The notes beneath the pieces were generated by a model. The model worked only from the letters and a program-made list of their open reading frames with translations. It had not been told where the DNA came from and ran no database searches. A DNA stretch of 64,000 nt from an uncultured candidatus Porisulfidus sp. (lineage in GTDB: Bacteria > Pseudomonadota > Gammaproteobacteria > Poriferisulfidales > Poriferisulfidaceae), in the NCBI GenBank assembly GCA_965199755.1, contig CBDASZ010000001.1, positions 352,001 through 416,000 of the forward strand. The letters run 5' to 3'. The translations under genes were made by a program, and so were the position numbers. Below are positions 39,280-49,477 of the stretch, in pieces (position 1 is the first letter of the stretch; every line of letters begins with the position of its first letter).

Positions 39280-40072
39280 AACGACCCGGCGCGGAATCGC
39301 GCCGCATCTGGAAGGCCAGACTATTGACTGCATGCGCATTCGCCAGCGGCGACTGCGCTGGCCGATTTCTCGGGCGTTGCCGGAGGTGGTGTCCGGGTGT
39401 TCGATCCGCGCGGTGAAACGGCGCGGCAAGTATCTGCTGATTGACGCCGAGGCCGGGCATCTGATCTGGCATCTGGGCATGTCCGGCTCGTTTCGCGTGC
39501 TGCAGGAGCCGCCGGATCCGGGAGTACACGATCATGTGGATGTACATTTGCGCGGCGGGGCTACCTTGCGGTTTCGAGATCCGCGCCGTTTCGGCTCCCT
39601 GCACTGGACCACGCGCGATCCGTTGTGCCATCGCCTGCTGGTTGATCTCGGACCGGAACCCCTGGATGAGAAATTTGATGGGGCGTGGCTGTATGCGCGT
39701 TCGCGCGGGCGCAAGGGGGCGGTGAAGAATTTTCTGATGGATGCGGCCACCGTGGTCGGAGTGGGCAACATCTATGCCAGCGAGGCCCTGTATTTGGCCG
39801 GGATCTCACCGCAGCGCGCTGCTGGCAGAGTCGGACTGGCGCGTTATCAGCGTCTGGCGGAGTCCGTGCGCACCGTGCTTGAGAAAGCCATCAAGGCGGG
39901 CGGCACCAGTTTGCGGGATTTCACCGTGGTGACGGGTGAACCAGGATACTTTGCACAGGAACTGCAAGTGTACGGGCGTGACAAGCAGCCGTGCAAACAT
40001 TGCGACGCACCAATCGTGTGCCGTGTCATCGGCCAGCGTTCTTCGTTTTATTGTCCGCGCTGTCAGCGCTGA
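39257..40072 (+). CDS. mutM: formamidopyrimidine-DNA glycosylase
   Basis: MPELPEVE, RRGKY, HLGMSG, GNIY, C4 zinc finger. Confidence 0.97.
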   Translation: MPELPEVETTRRGIAPHLEGQTIDCMRIRQRRLRWPISRALPEVVSGCSIRAVKRRGKYLLIDAEAGHLIWHLGMSGSFRVLQEPPDPGVHDHVDVHLRGGATLRFRDPRRFGSLHWTTRDPLCHRLLVDLGPEPLDEKFDGAWLYARSRGRKGAVKNFLMDAATVVGVGNIYASEALYLAGISPQRAAGRVGLARYQRLAESVRTVLEKAIKAGGTSLRDFTVVTGEPGYFAQELQVYGRDKQPCKHCDAPIVCRVIGQRSSFYCPRCQR

Positions 40073-41688
40073 AGCGCGCCGGTGCGGGCCGTGCCGACAC
40101 CACGGGGATCAGAGGCCGCGCCAAGCTGTCCGTCGGCTTCCCGAATGACCACCTGCATGTTGCTCCAGGCACCCCCCGTCTCCACCGTATGGCCGAGCGC
40201 ATTCAGAGGCGTGGGATCTGAAAGCGCGCCGTCTTCCGCATAGATCACATCCGGCACTGCCTGAAAGTGCAGGCGAGGGGCCGAGACCATGGTTTCGGCA
40301 TCCGCGCCACTGATAAAGCGCAGGATTCCGCCGAGCACCGTGGTGGTAATGCGGCTGCCGCCCGGAGAGCCAAGCAGCGCCAGGCGCCCGTCAGCGGTGA
40401 CTGCGCTTGGCGCCATTGAGGACAGCATGCGTTTTCCCGGCGCGATGGCATTGGCCTCGCTGCCGATCAGGCCGTAAAGATTGAGCGCGCCCGGCTTGGC
40501 GGAGAAATCGTCCATCTCATTGTTTAGCACCACGCCGGTGCCCGGTGCCACGAAAGAAGAGCCGAACAGGCCGTTGATGGACAAAGTGGCGCTGACCCAG
40601 TTGCCGTGCGCGTCCAGAATGCTGAAGTGCGTGGTATGTCCGTCTTTGGGGGCTTCGGTCGGTACGCTTAATGCGTGGCTGGCGCGTTCCGGGTCAAAGT
40701 TCTGCATCAACTCCGCGGCATACTCTGGGCTGGTCAGACGGTCGATGGGGACGTCGTGATGATCGGCATCGCCAAGCGTGTGCGCGCGGCTGAGATACAC
40801 CCGTCGCAGGATCTCAATCAGCCGATGCGTGTCCGCCATGCTGTTCGGTTGCGCGCCCCAGTCCGTATCCAGCAGATGAAAGACCTGTGTCAGCATGATG
40901 CCGCTTGCAGAAGGCAGCGGTGCGCTGATAATGTGTGCGTCGCGCCAGTTAATCTCGATCGGTTTGCGCTCCACCACGCGATAGTCTTTGAGATCCTCAA
41001 GCGACCAGATGCCGCCCGCGGCACGTACGCCGTCAACCAGAGACTCGGCCAATGCGCCGCTATAGAAAGATCGCGCGCCGTGTTGCGCGAGGTGCTCCAG
41101 TGTGTCGGCCAGATCAGTTTGCATCAGTGTGTCGGCCGCCAGAAACACGTGTGAGGCCGGGTAACGCTCCAGTATCTCACGCTGGCGTTCCACAAATTCC
41201 GCCATTCGCGCGTCGACCGGGACGCCGTCACGCGCCTGCTGTAGTGCGCCGCTCAGCGACTGCGCCAGTGGCAGTGCCGCGTAGTGCTCGGCCAGGTGCG
41301 CCCACGCTGCGGCGATACCCGGAATGCCGGCCGCCAGCGGGCCATTGAGAGCGGCATCCCGATTCACAGCGCCTTCGGCATCCAGATACATATCCCGATG
41401 CGCGGCACCGGGGGCACGTTCACGGGCGTCCAGAAAAATTGTGTGATTGCGTTCGGCATCGTGCAGCAGAAAGAATCCGCCGCCGCCGAGCCCGGAGGAG
41501 TAAGGCTCGACCACGCTGAGTGAGGCGCTGACCGCGATGGCCGCGTCAAAGGCGTTGCCGCCAGCTTCCAGAACCTGTGCTCCGGCTTCGGTGGCTAACG
41601 GATGTGCGGTGGCCAGTGCGTACTCTTCGGAGGCTGCCTGCGCGGTGCCGAGCAGGGCCAGAGACAGCGCGAGGATGCGACAGGGCAT
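40063..41688 (-). CDS. ggt: gamma-glutamyltransferase
   Basis: GGNAFDAA, SGLGGG, HTTHFS (nucleophile Thr), NNEMDDF, SSMAP, GSPGGSRI. Confidence 0.95.
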   Translation of the reverse strand: MPCRILALSLALLGTAQAASEEYALATAHPLATEAGAQVLEAGGNAFDAAIAVSASLSVVEPYSSGLGGGGFFLLHDAERNHTIFLDARERAPGAAHRDMYLDAEGAVNRDAALNGPLAAGIPGIAAAWAHLAEHYAALPLAQSLSGALQQARDGVPVDARMAEFVERQREILERYPASHVFLAADTLMQTDLADTLEHLAQHGARSFYSGALAESLVDGVRAAGGIWSLEDLKDYRVVERKPIEINWRDAHIISAPLPSASGIMLTQVFHLLDTDWGAQPNSMADTHRLIEILRRVYLSRAHTLGDADHHDVPIDRLTSPEYAAELMQNFDPERASHALSVPTEAPKDGHTTHFSILDAHGNWVSATLSINGLFGSSFVAPGTGVVLNNEMDDFSAKPGALNLYGLIGSEANAIAPGKRMLSSMAPSAVTADGRLALLGSPGGSRITTTVLGGILRFISGADAETMVSAPRLHFQAVPDVIYAEDGALSDPTPLNALGHTVETGGAWSNMQVVIREADGQLGAASDPRGVGTARTGALQR

Positions 41689-42176
41689 CAGTCGCGGTGG
41701 AACTTGTCGGTCAGCATCTGGTGGATGGCCTCCGGCACAAAATGTCCGACGTCGCCGCCCAAAAGTGCGACTTCCTTGACCAGCGACGAGGACACGAAGG
41801 CGTATTCCTTCGCTGGCGTGAGGAACAGGGACTCCAGATCCGGTGCCAGTTGGCGATTCATGCTGGCCAGTTGAAACTCGTATTCAAAGTCGGAGACGGC
41901 GCGCAGTCCGCGAATGATCGCTTGCGCCCCCTGATCGCGCGCGAAATCCACCAGCAATCCGTCAAACGCGCTGACGGTCACCGCCTCGCCCAGATCCTCC
42001 AGTGCCAGATGCGCCATACGCAGCCGTTCGTCAACATTAAACGTGGTCTCCTTGCCGGTGTCAGCGGCGATCGCCACAATCAGGCGATCGAACAAACTCA
42101 AGGCCCGCCGCGCCAGGTCTACATGGCCGAATGTGATAGGGTCGAAGGTTCCCGGATAAATGGCGCAGCGGGGCAT
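41688..42176 (-). CDS. coaD: pantetheine-phosphate adenylyltransferase
   Basis: YPGTFDPITFGH, RGLRAVSDFEYE, SSSLVKE. Confidence 0.97.
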   Translation of the reverse strand: MPRCAIYPGTFDPITFGHVDLARRALSLFDRLIVAIAADTGKETTFNVDERLRMAHLALEDLGEAVTVSAFDGLLVDFARDQGAQAIIRGLRAVSDFEYEFQLASMNRQLAPDLESLFLTPAKEYAFVSSSLVKEVALLGGDVGHFVPEAIHQMLTDKFHRD

Positions 42177-42224
42177 GAGGACTTGGCGGCGGTGATGTCG
42201 GGATTTTAACACCGCGCGGCAGTG

Positions 42225-45065
42225 TCAGGCCGCCGTGTCGAAGGTTTTATCCCACAGGCTGCGCAGTCGCGCCCGTGCATCCTGCATTTCCTCATCCGCC
42301 ACCACCAGCGGGTGTTCCTGCAGGCTCAATTCGTGCAGGCGGTCGCGATACAGGAAGTAGCAGTCGCGCATAAACACCGCGGTTTCCGTATCCAGCAGCG
42401 CGGCCGCCTCCAGTTGCTCCAGAATCTGCACGGTCGCGGTCACGTCAAGGATTTTCGGGTGTTCGGCGGCGTGCATCAAGGTCTCGAACTGCACCAGAAA
42501 TTCCAGATCCGTGATGCCTCCGGGATCCGACTTGAGATTGAAGTATCCGGCCTTGGACGGGGCCGCATCGTACATTTTCTGGCGCATTCCGGTGAATTCC
42601 TGCTGCATCTCGCCGCGGTCACGGGGCACACGCAAAATCTGCGTGCGAATGGCCGTGCAGGCTTGCTGTATCGAGGGTTCACCGGCCACCGGGCGGGCCC
42701 GCACCAGCGCCTGATGCTCCCAGGTCCAGGCTTTCTCACGCAGGTATTTTTCGTAGTACTGCAGGCTGCACACAGTGAGGCCGTACTTGCCGGCGGGCCG
42801 CAGTTGCGGGTCCACTTCGTAGAGCACGCCGTCCGCGGTCAGGGTCTCCATGATATGAATGAAACGCTGCGTGACCCGTGTGAAGAAATACTCATTGTCG
42901 ACCGGCTTGTCGCCGTCGGTGCGTTGCTCCTCACCGTGGCTGTCATGGACAAACACCAGATCAAGGTCGGAGGTGTAGCCGAGTTCCAGACCGCCGAACT
43001 TGCCGTAGGCCAGTACCGCGCCATACGCCTCATGCGGCTCGCCGTCGTGTCTGTAGCATGGCCGGCCATGTCGGGCGATCTGTTCGCGTGTGGCCATCTC
43101 CCATGCGCAGCGTGTCACCGCCTCGGCAATCCAGGTCAACTCATCGCTGACATCGGAAATCGGTCGCACCCCCATGACATCGCAAACCGCGACGCGAAAC
43201 ATCTGCGCTTGGCGAAAGCGCCGCAGCACCTGCATCTCCAGTTCCAGATCCCCCTCAGTGTGGCGCATGGCGTAATCGAGTATCTGCTGCGCGGCGTGCT
43301 CATCAGGCTCGGCGAACAGCGCCTCCGCGTCCAGCAACTCGTCAACCAGATCCGGCGAGCGCAGCAGTTGCGTCAGCAACAGGGAACTGTTGCTGATGAT
43401 GCGCGTCAGCAACTCCAGTATCTTGAGGTTTTCCAGCAACATGGACAGATGACTGGGCTGATGCAGCAGCGTCTCAAGCAGTCGAAACAGGCGCGCGGCG
43501 GTGCTGTCGGGATCCTCCTGCGTACACGCCGCGTCAATCATATGAGGAATCAGGGCGAGAGTGAGGCGCTGCGTATCGTCGCTTTGCATGCGCCACAAGG
43601 CGTGGCTGAAAATGCCCCGCAGATGCTGCGCCGGCTGCTGTGGATTGCGCAGGCCCAGTTCGCGCAGGGCGTCACTCAGATCAACTTTCTCATCAGGCTG
43701 TGCCTCAATCGCGCGCAGCTGATGCTCCAGTGCCGCTTCCGCGGCGCGCGGTTGCGGGCTGTCTTGCGGCACGTGCATCAGTCGGGTGTATTCCTCATGC
43801 AGATACTCGCGGTGCGTGTTGAGGGCACCGACAAAGTCTTCCCAACTCTCGAAGCCCATCGCGAAGCGCAGACGCTCGCGGTGCAGTTCCTCTTCCGGCA
43901 GCAGATGTACCTGCTGGTCTTCCATCATCTGCACGGCATTTTCCACGCGGCGCAGAAACCGGTAGGCACCGCGCAACGGGTCGGCGTCTTCCGTAGGAAT
44001 CTTGTGCGCGCGCTCCAGAGCATCCAGCGCCTCATGCCAGCAACTCAACCGCAACTCCTCCTCGCGCCCGCCGAAAACCAACTGACTGGCCTGCACGATG
44101 AACTCTGCTTCCCGGATCCCGCCGGGACCATGCTTGAGGTCATCTTCGATGTTTTCGTGCTGGCTGTGCTGCGCGTGTTGCTCCATTTTGGTTTTCATCT
44201 CGCGCAATTCGTCCATCACGCGAAAATCCAGAAACTTGCGATAAATAAACGGCTGCAGCAGTGCCGTGAGTTCTTTCCCTTCAGGTGTGGGCGGGCCCAG
44301 CACCCGCGCCTTGAGCATGGCGTAGCGTTCCCATTCGCGACCATGGTGCTGGTAGTAGTTCTTTACTGAGGAGAACGGCAGCGCCAGTGCGCCGGAGGAG
44401 CCGAACGGCCGCAGCCGCATATCGACCCGAAACACAAAACCTTCAGCCGTGACATCATCCAGCGCCCGAATCAGACGCTGGCCCAGCAGAATGAAATACT
44501 CCTGGGCTTTTTCCCGATCAGAGGCCGGGTCGGGATAGCTGAAGATCAGATCAATGTCGGATGAGAAATTCAATTCGGCACCGCCGAGCTTCCCCATTCC
44601 CTGAATCTGCATGGGCACCGGCTCTCCGGCAGCGTCAAGCGGGGGATCTTTACGCATATGGTCGCGGTGCCAGTCGCGGGCGGCGAGCACGGCGGTATCC
44701 GCGAAGGCGGTCAGGTCGCGCAAGGTCTCCATCACGGATGCCTGTCCGTTGAGATCATGATGTGCGATGCGCATCATCTCGCGCGCCCGCGCGCGGCGCA
44801 GTTGCCGTGCGAAGTCGTTGGCGTCCTCGCAATCGTTCAGTTCCTGCGCTGGAAATCGGGCTTCAGGATCCTCCAGATACGAGGCTGTCAGGTCGGGATG
44901 GGTGCGCGCCAGCATGGCGCAAAACGGACTGACTGCGTACAGGCGCAGCAGCGCCTCGCGGTGTTCGTCAAACAGCGGTGAGGCCTGGGCCTCCTTGAGC
45001 GTGGTGAGCGCATCTTCCGCCTCGTCACGCAGCGCGTCAGGGAGGGCGAGGGCGGGAGGATTCAT
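42225..45065 (-). CDS. glnE: glutamine synthetase adenylyltransferase/deadenylase
   Basis: Two NT domains: GKLGGAELNFSSDIDL/RVDMRLRP and YGKFGGLELGYTSDLDL. Confidence 0.96.
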   Translation of the reverse strand: MNPPALALPDALRDEAEDALTTLKEAQASPLFDEHREALLRLYAVSPFCAMLARTHPDLTASYLEDPEARFPAQELNDCEDANDFARQLRRARAREMMRIAHHDLNGQASVMETLRDLTAFADTAVLAARDWHRDHMRKDPPLDAAGEPVPMQIQGMGKLGGAELNFSSDIDLIFSYPDPASDREKAQEYFILLGQRLIRALDDVTAEGFVFRVDMRLRPFGSSGALALPFSSVKNYYQHHGREWERYAMLKARVLGPPTPEGKELTALLQPFIYRKFLDFRVMDELREMKTKMEQHAQHSQHENIEDDLKHGPGGIREAEFIVQASQLVFGGREEELRLSCWHEALDALERAHKIPTEDADPLRGAYRFLRRVENAVQMMEDQQVHLLPEEELHRERLRFAMGFESWEDFVGALNTHREYLHEEYTRLMHVPQDSPQPRAAEAALEHQLRAIEAQPDEKVDLSDALRELGLRNPQQPAQHLRGIFSHALWRMQSDDTQRLTLALIPHMIDAACTQEDPDSTAARLFRLLETLLHQPSHLSMLLENLKILELLTRIISNSSLLLTQLLRSPDLVDELLDAEALFAEPDEHAAQQILDYAMRHTEGDLELEMQVLRRFRQAQMFRVAVCDVMGVRPISDVSDELTWIAEAVTRCAWEMATREQIARHGRPCYRHDGEPHEAYGAVLAYGKFGGLELGYTSDLDLVFVHDSHGEEQRTDGDKPVDNEYFFTRVTQRFIHIMETLTADGVLYEVDPQLRPAGKYGLTVCSLQYYEKYLREKAWTWEHQALVRARPVAGEPSIQQACTAIRTQILRVPRDRGEMQQEFTGMRQKMYDAAPSKAGYFNLKSDPGGITDLEFLVQFETLMHAAEHPKILDVTATVQILEQLEAAALLDTETAVFMRDCYFLYRDRLHELSLQEHPLVVADEEMQDARARLRSLWDKTFDTAA

Positions 45066-45131
45066 GCGCGGGACGTTGCTTATCGGTTACAGTATGTGTC
45101 TTGCCAAATTATATTGATAGGAGGGTTTTCT

Positions 45132-45482
45132 ATGGCAATGCGACACTTTCAAGGCGCACGCGGACAAGATATCGCTTCCTTGGGGCTTGAGGACATCAAG
45201 GCTTATCTCTCGGATGTGGCCATGTCCAACAGCGAACAGGCACCGATCACAGCCGGGTTCTTTCGAATGGAGGCTGGCGCGCCTCTCGAATACACCTACA
45301 GTTACGACGAATGCAAGTTGATGCTGGAGGGAGAGATGACCTTGACTGATAAAGACGGCGCGACCGTTACGCTGCAGCCCGGAGATGTGGTGTTCTTTGA
45401 CGTCGGCACGACGATCACGTTTTCTTCGGCGTCATCCGGCACTGCCTTTTATGTCGGACAGCGCAAGGAAGGAGTGCTGTAA
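45132..45482 (+). CDS. EutQ-like cupin
   Basis: YTYSYDECKLMLEG, PGDVVF. GAGGG RBS. Confidence 0.75.
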   Translation: MAMRHFQGARGQDIASLGLEDIKAYLSDVAMSNSEQAPITAGFFRMEAGAPLEYTYSYDECKLMLEGEMTLTDKDGATVTLQPGDVVFFDVGTTITFSSASSGTAFYVGQRKEGVL

Positions 45483-45486
45483 GACC

Positions 45487-46176
45487 TCAGTTCTCGAGCG
45501 GGCCGCTCGTGTAGTCGGTGAGTTCAAGGCGAACTTTCTCCGAGCTTTCTTCCATACGCAGGGTCTTGACCATCCAGAAGTCCCGCTGCGGGTCATGCCA
45601 GGTATAGATGCGCGTGTCGCGGGCATCGCCGCGACGGCGTTCGACCTTCCAGACGCTGCGCGCCTCACCGTCGACTTCCAGCGTGTCCGGTTCCGGCGGA
45701 CGGTATCGGTAGACTTGCAGTTTGCCTTGTGACAGCACGCTGTAGTTTGGCGCGATGTTGGGCAGATCGCGCAACAGGAGCATGGCCATGGAGACCGGAT
45801 CCTGTATGCCCTCGGACAGTGCGCGCGTGACCTGCTCGGTGTGGGTGGTCACCACGACCTTGCCATGCGCCCAATCGTAAACATATTTGTAGGATTTTTC
45901 ACGCCCGGTGTCGTGATAGAAGTACTCCAGCGGACGCAGGTCTTCCTTGTCGACCGTGCCGCGCTCAATGATGACCCCTTGGCCGAACACCCTCGCAAGC
46001 AGGCCCGGAGTGGCCTTGGCTTCGTAATAAATTCGCGCTGTCTCACGTGACACGGTGACAGTGACGGTGCCCGCCGGCGCGCCCCGGTAGTACAGATCGT
46101 AATCGGCCTGTATGTGCGCTTCGAGCGCGGATGCGCCACTGCTGAGCGCGAGCAGAAACAGGCTAATCCAGCGCAT
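45487..46176 (-). CDS. exported DUF3108-like protein
   Basis: Signal peptide, beta-rich, QDPVS. Usual position after purN. Confidence 0.7.
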   Translation of the reverse strand: MRWISLFLLALSSGASALEAHIQADYDLYYRGAPAGTVTVTVSRETARIYYEAKATPGLLARVFGQGVIIERGTVDKEDLRPLEYFYHDTGREKSYKYVYDWAHGKVVVTTHTEQVTRALSEGIQDPVSMAMLLLRDLPNIAPNYSVLSQGKLQVYRYRPPEPDTLEVDGEARSVWKVERRRGDARDTRIYTWHDPQRDFWMVKTLRMEESSEKVRLELTDYTSGPLEN

Positions 46177-46792
46177 GAATCACCGGTTCATCGAGAGGTT
46201 TGCCGTGCAGCCAGACGGTGTTTTCAGACAACAGCAATTCGCCGCGGCAAAACCAGTCCACAACAAGGGGATAAACCTGATGCTCCCGCTCCAGCACCCG
46301 CGCTGCCAGACTGTTTTCGTCATCTTCCGGCAGCACCGGCACCCGCGCCTGAATAATTCGCGGCCCGCTGTCGAGTTGCTCGGTGGCGAAATGCACCGTG
46401 CAGCCATGTTCGGCGTCGCCGGCCTCAAGCGCACGCTGGTGGGGGTGCAAGCCCTGATGACGAGGCAGCAGCGACGGGTGAATGTTGAGGATCAGCCCCG
46501 CGTAAGGCGCGGTCACCGTGTCGGACAGGATGTGCATGTAGCCCGCCATGCAGACTAGTGCGATGTCCCATGTTTGCAGAATTTCCAGAATCTGCTCGTC
46601 GCGCGTTTTCGCCTTCGCGCACACATAGGTCTCCACACCGGCGTCGCGCGCGTAATCCAGCGCCGCGGCCTGCGCTGAGGAACTGATCACGCAGCGGACG
46701 TAGCCGTCGATGCGGCCGTCGCGCTCAGCCTCCATCAGCGCGCGCATATTGCTGCCGCGCCCGGACACCAGAATGGCAATGGGCAGGCTCAC
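46163..46792 (-). CDS. purN: phosphoribosylglycinamide formyltransferase
   Basis: SGRGSN, NIHPSLLP, GCTVH. Confidence 0.96.
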   Translation of the reverse strand: MSLPIAILVSGRGSNMRALMEAERDGRIDGYVRCVISSSAQAAALDYARDAGVETYVCAKAKTRDEQILEILQTWDIALVCMAGYMHILSDTVTAPYAGLILNIHPSLLPRHQGLHPHQRALEAGDAEHGCTVHFATEQLDSGPRIIQARVPVLPEDDENSLAARVLEREHQVYPLVVDWFCRGELLLSENTVWLHGKPLDEPVIHALD

Positions 46793-47823
46793 GGCGCATC
46801 CTGATAGCGGAGGCGTTCTGCACCATCCTGCGCGATGACGCGACCGATGATCCGGGCACCGATGGCGGTCGCTTCGACCTGCGCGATGATATGCTCGGCG
46901 TCTGTCTCACGCGCCAGCAGCACCATGCCGATGCCGCAGTTGTACACTTGACGCATTTCCTCCTCAGTGACCTTCCCCTGAGTCTGAATCCAGTTGAAAA
47001 TTTCCGGGCGCTCCCAACTGTCCATGTCAATCTCGCCACCCAGCCCGTCGGGCAAGACGCGCGGCACATTGTCTGTCAGTCCACCGCCGGTGATATGCGC
47101 CATGCCGAGCAACTTCCCGGCCTCCAGCAGCGCGCGCACGTGAGGTTCATAAATCCGCGTCGGCGTAAGCAGCGTGTTGAGGCGCGCCTCATCCACCGCC
47201 TCAGAATCGCGGTCGAGAATGGCGTTGATCAACGAGAAGCCGTTGGCGTGCACACCGCTGGAGTCCAGACCAATCAGATAGTCTCCTTCGGCAATATCCG
47301 CGGCGGGCAGCAGGCGCGCGCGTTCCGCGATGCCGACACAAAAACCCGCCAGATCGTAATCACCCTCGGCATACAGTCCCGGCATTTCGGCGGTCTCGCC
47401 GCCGAGCAGGGCGCAGCCGGCCTCAGTGCAGCCCTGCGCGATGCCGCGTACCACGGCTTCGGCCTCGTCCACGTTTAGACGGCTGCAGGCGTAGTAGTCC
47501 AGAAACAGCAGTGCACGCGCCCCCTGAGTCAGGATGTCATTCGCGCACATCGCGACCAGATCCACGCCGATGGTGTCGCAACGATCAAGCCGGCGCGTCA
47601 GGCGCAATTTGGTGCCAACGCCGTCGGTGCCGCACACCAGTACTGGTTCCTGATAGCCTGTGGGAAGTTGGTACAGTCCGCCGAAGCCGCCGAGTCCGCT
47701 CAGCACCTGGGCGTTACAGGTACGCCGCGCCAGCGCGCTGATGCGTTGTACCAGTTGTTCTCCGGCGTCAATGTCAACACCGGCTTCGCGATAGCGCGAC
47801 TCAGAGGAGGGGGGCTGGGGCAT
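46789..47823 (-). CDS. purM: phosphoribosylformylglycinamidine cyclo-ligase
   Basis: AGVDIDAG, TDGVGTK, GGETAEMP, HITGGG. Alternative start 47847. Confidence 0.96.
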   Translation of the reverse strand: MPQPPSSESRYREAGVDIDAGEQLVQRISALARRTCNAQVLSGLGGFGGLYQLPTGYQEPVLVCGTDGVGTKLRLTRRLDRCDTIGVDLVAMCANDILTQGARALLFLDYYACSRLNVDEAEAVVRGIAQGCTEAGCALLGGETAEMPGLYAEGDYDLAGFCVGIAERARLLPAADIAEGDYLIGLDSSGVHANGFSLINAILDRDSEAVDEARLNTLLTPTRIYEPHVRALLEAGKLLGMAHITGGGLTDNVPRVLPDGLGGEIDMDSWERPEIFNWIQTQGKVTEEEMRQVYNCGIGMVLLARETDAEHIIAQVEATAIGARIIGRVIAQDGAERLRYQDAP

Positions 47824-47876
47824 GAGGGGCGCGACAGTCAGGCTCATTATAAAATGTGCCGGCTTCCCAAGTATTC

Positions 47877-48428
47877 ATGGTTGCGCAAATCCCGAATTTG
47901 TTAAGTGCGCTGCGGCTGCTGCTGGTGCCGTGGTTCGCCATGCTGTTGCTGGAGCGGCAGTTTGATTTGGCGCTGTTGCTGTTTGCGCTGATGGGGATCT
48001 CTGATGGTCTGGACGGTTATCTGGCGCGCCGGTTCAATGCGATCAGCCAGTTCGGCGCGCGGATCGACCCGCTGGCCGACAAGGTGCTGTTGATCGCCTC
48101 CTTCGTGATTCTGGGCCATATCAATTTACTGGAGGCTTGGCTGGTGCTGTTGGTGGTCGGTCGCGATGTGCTCATCGTGGGCGGTGCGCTGGCGGGACAC
48201 TTGTTCTTTCCGGCTCGCGAGTTGACGGTGCTCAAAATCGGCAAGCTCAACACCTTCGCGCAGATCGTATTGGTGCTGCTGGTGCTGCTTGGTCAATTGT
48301 GGCCGCTGCCGATGCTCTGGCTGGAGGGAATGATCTGGGGAGTGGTGGTGACCACGGTGGCGAGCGCGCTGTGGTACGGACAAGCGTGGATTCGGGTGTT
48401 GCGGCACCATGCCGAGGCGCGGCCGTGA
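47877..48428 (+). CDS. CDP-alcohol phosphatidyltransferase family protein
   Basis: PNLLS, DGLDGYLAR..G..DPLADK. Confidence 0.92.
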   Translation: MVAQIPNLLSALRLLLVPWFAMLLLERQFDLALLLFALMGISDGLDGYLARRFNAISQFGARIDPLADKVLLIASFVILGHINLLEAWLVLLVVGRDVLIVGGALAGHLFFPARELTVLKIGKLNTFAQIVLVLLVLLGQLWPLPMLWLEGMIWGVVVTTVASALWYGQAWIRVLRHHAEARP

Positions 48429-49123
48429 GCCAACTGAGCCTGTTTCGGCCCAATCCCCGGCACACGTTTGACAGTTTCTACAGCCCTACAGGGTCACCGG
48501 CGTCTTCGGTACTGACCGCATCAGAAGAACGCGCCTGCCAACTCTGGGTGCACGGCCCGTCAGGCTGCGGCAAAACCCACCTGCTGCAAGCCGTGTGCCA
48601 GCGCGCTGAACAACACGGCCATGCGGCCGCCTACGTGCCACTGTCGCAGTTGCGCGAACTGGGTCCGTCAGCGTTGCAAGGTCTGGAGCAGTGCCAGTGG
48701 ATCTGTCTGGACGAGGTCACCGAAGTGTTGTGTGATGCGGTCTGGGAACAGGCGTTGTTCGCGCTGTTCAATCAGGCGCACGATCATGGCACCCGACTGT
48801 TGTTTGCGGCGCAGGTGCCGCCGTTGCAGACGCAATCGGCGCTACCGGATCTGGCATCAAGACTGCGCGGCATGCTGACCGTGGCGCTGGGCTTGCTCGA
48901 TGATGAGCAGCAGATTGCCGCGCTGCAGTTGCGGGCGCGGCAGCAGGGCTATGAATTATCCGCCGAGGTGGTGCGTTATCTGCAGCGCCACCGCACGCGC
49001 GGGATGGCTGAGCTGAGCGTGTTGTGGGATTGTCTGGAGGCGCAGGCGACCGCCGCGCAACGCCGGATCACCATTCCGCTGGTGCGGAAGTTTTTCGAGC
49101 AGGATGCGCAGCCGGAAGGCTGA
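48425..49123 (+). CDS. hda: DnaA regulatory inactivator Hda
   Basis: N-terminal clamp motif QLSLF, GCGKTHLL, LFALFN, DLASRL, ITIPLV. GTG start. Confidence 0.92.
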   Translation: MSQLSLFRPNPRHTFDSFYSPTGSPASSVLTASEERACQLWVHGPSGCGKTHLLQAVCQRAEQHGHAAAYVPLSQLRELGPSALQGLEQCQWICLDEVTEVLCDAVWEQALFALFNQAHDHGTRLLFAAQVPPLQTQSALPDLASRLRGMLTVALGLLDDEQQIAALQLRARQQGYELSAEVVRYLQRHRTRGMAELSVLWDCLEAQATAAQRRITIPLVRKFFEQDAQPEG

Positions 49124-49127
49124 AGGC

Positions 49128-49345
49128 TTACAAGGATAGCGAGACGGCCAGATACCAGTATTGCCCCAGCACATCATAGGAACAAGGGGAAGGTATTGCC
49201 GTTGCCTCCGTTGAAAGGTTCGGCGACGCTCGCCGGCCATGGGCGGCTCCTTGTCGAGGAAGTTGTTGACACCGAGGCGGATTTTTGATTCGTCGCTGAT
49301 AGCCAGCGCCAGGTCCAGATAGTTGCGCTCATTCAACTGCACCAC
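49128..49345 (-). pseudogene. frameshifted C-terminal remnant of a TonB-dependent receptor
   Basis: NYLDLA..RLGVNNFLDKEPP, then GNGNTFP and YDVLGQYWYLAVSLSL* in other frames. Confidence 0.7.
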
Positions 49346-49477
49346 GCTGCGCGCCCCCCAAGTGTTGATGTGTGTCCGGTTGAATAGTCAGAGTAGCGGT
49401 AGGAGAGGCCCATCGACCATTCCTGCAAATTTCACCCAAAAGTTTCTCCTTAAATTCCCAGATCAGGACTTTCGCCT

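Noticed and set aside
42222-44369. 715-aa plus-strand ORF, and many similar long antisense ORFs
   Set aside because: It lies antisense to glnE. Such ORFs are expected shadows of GC-rich codon usage and show no recognisable motifs.
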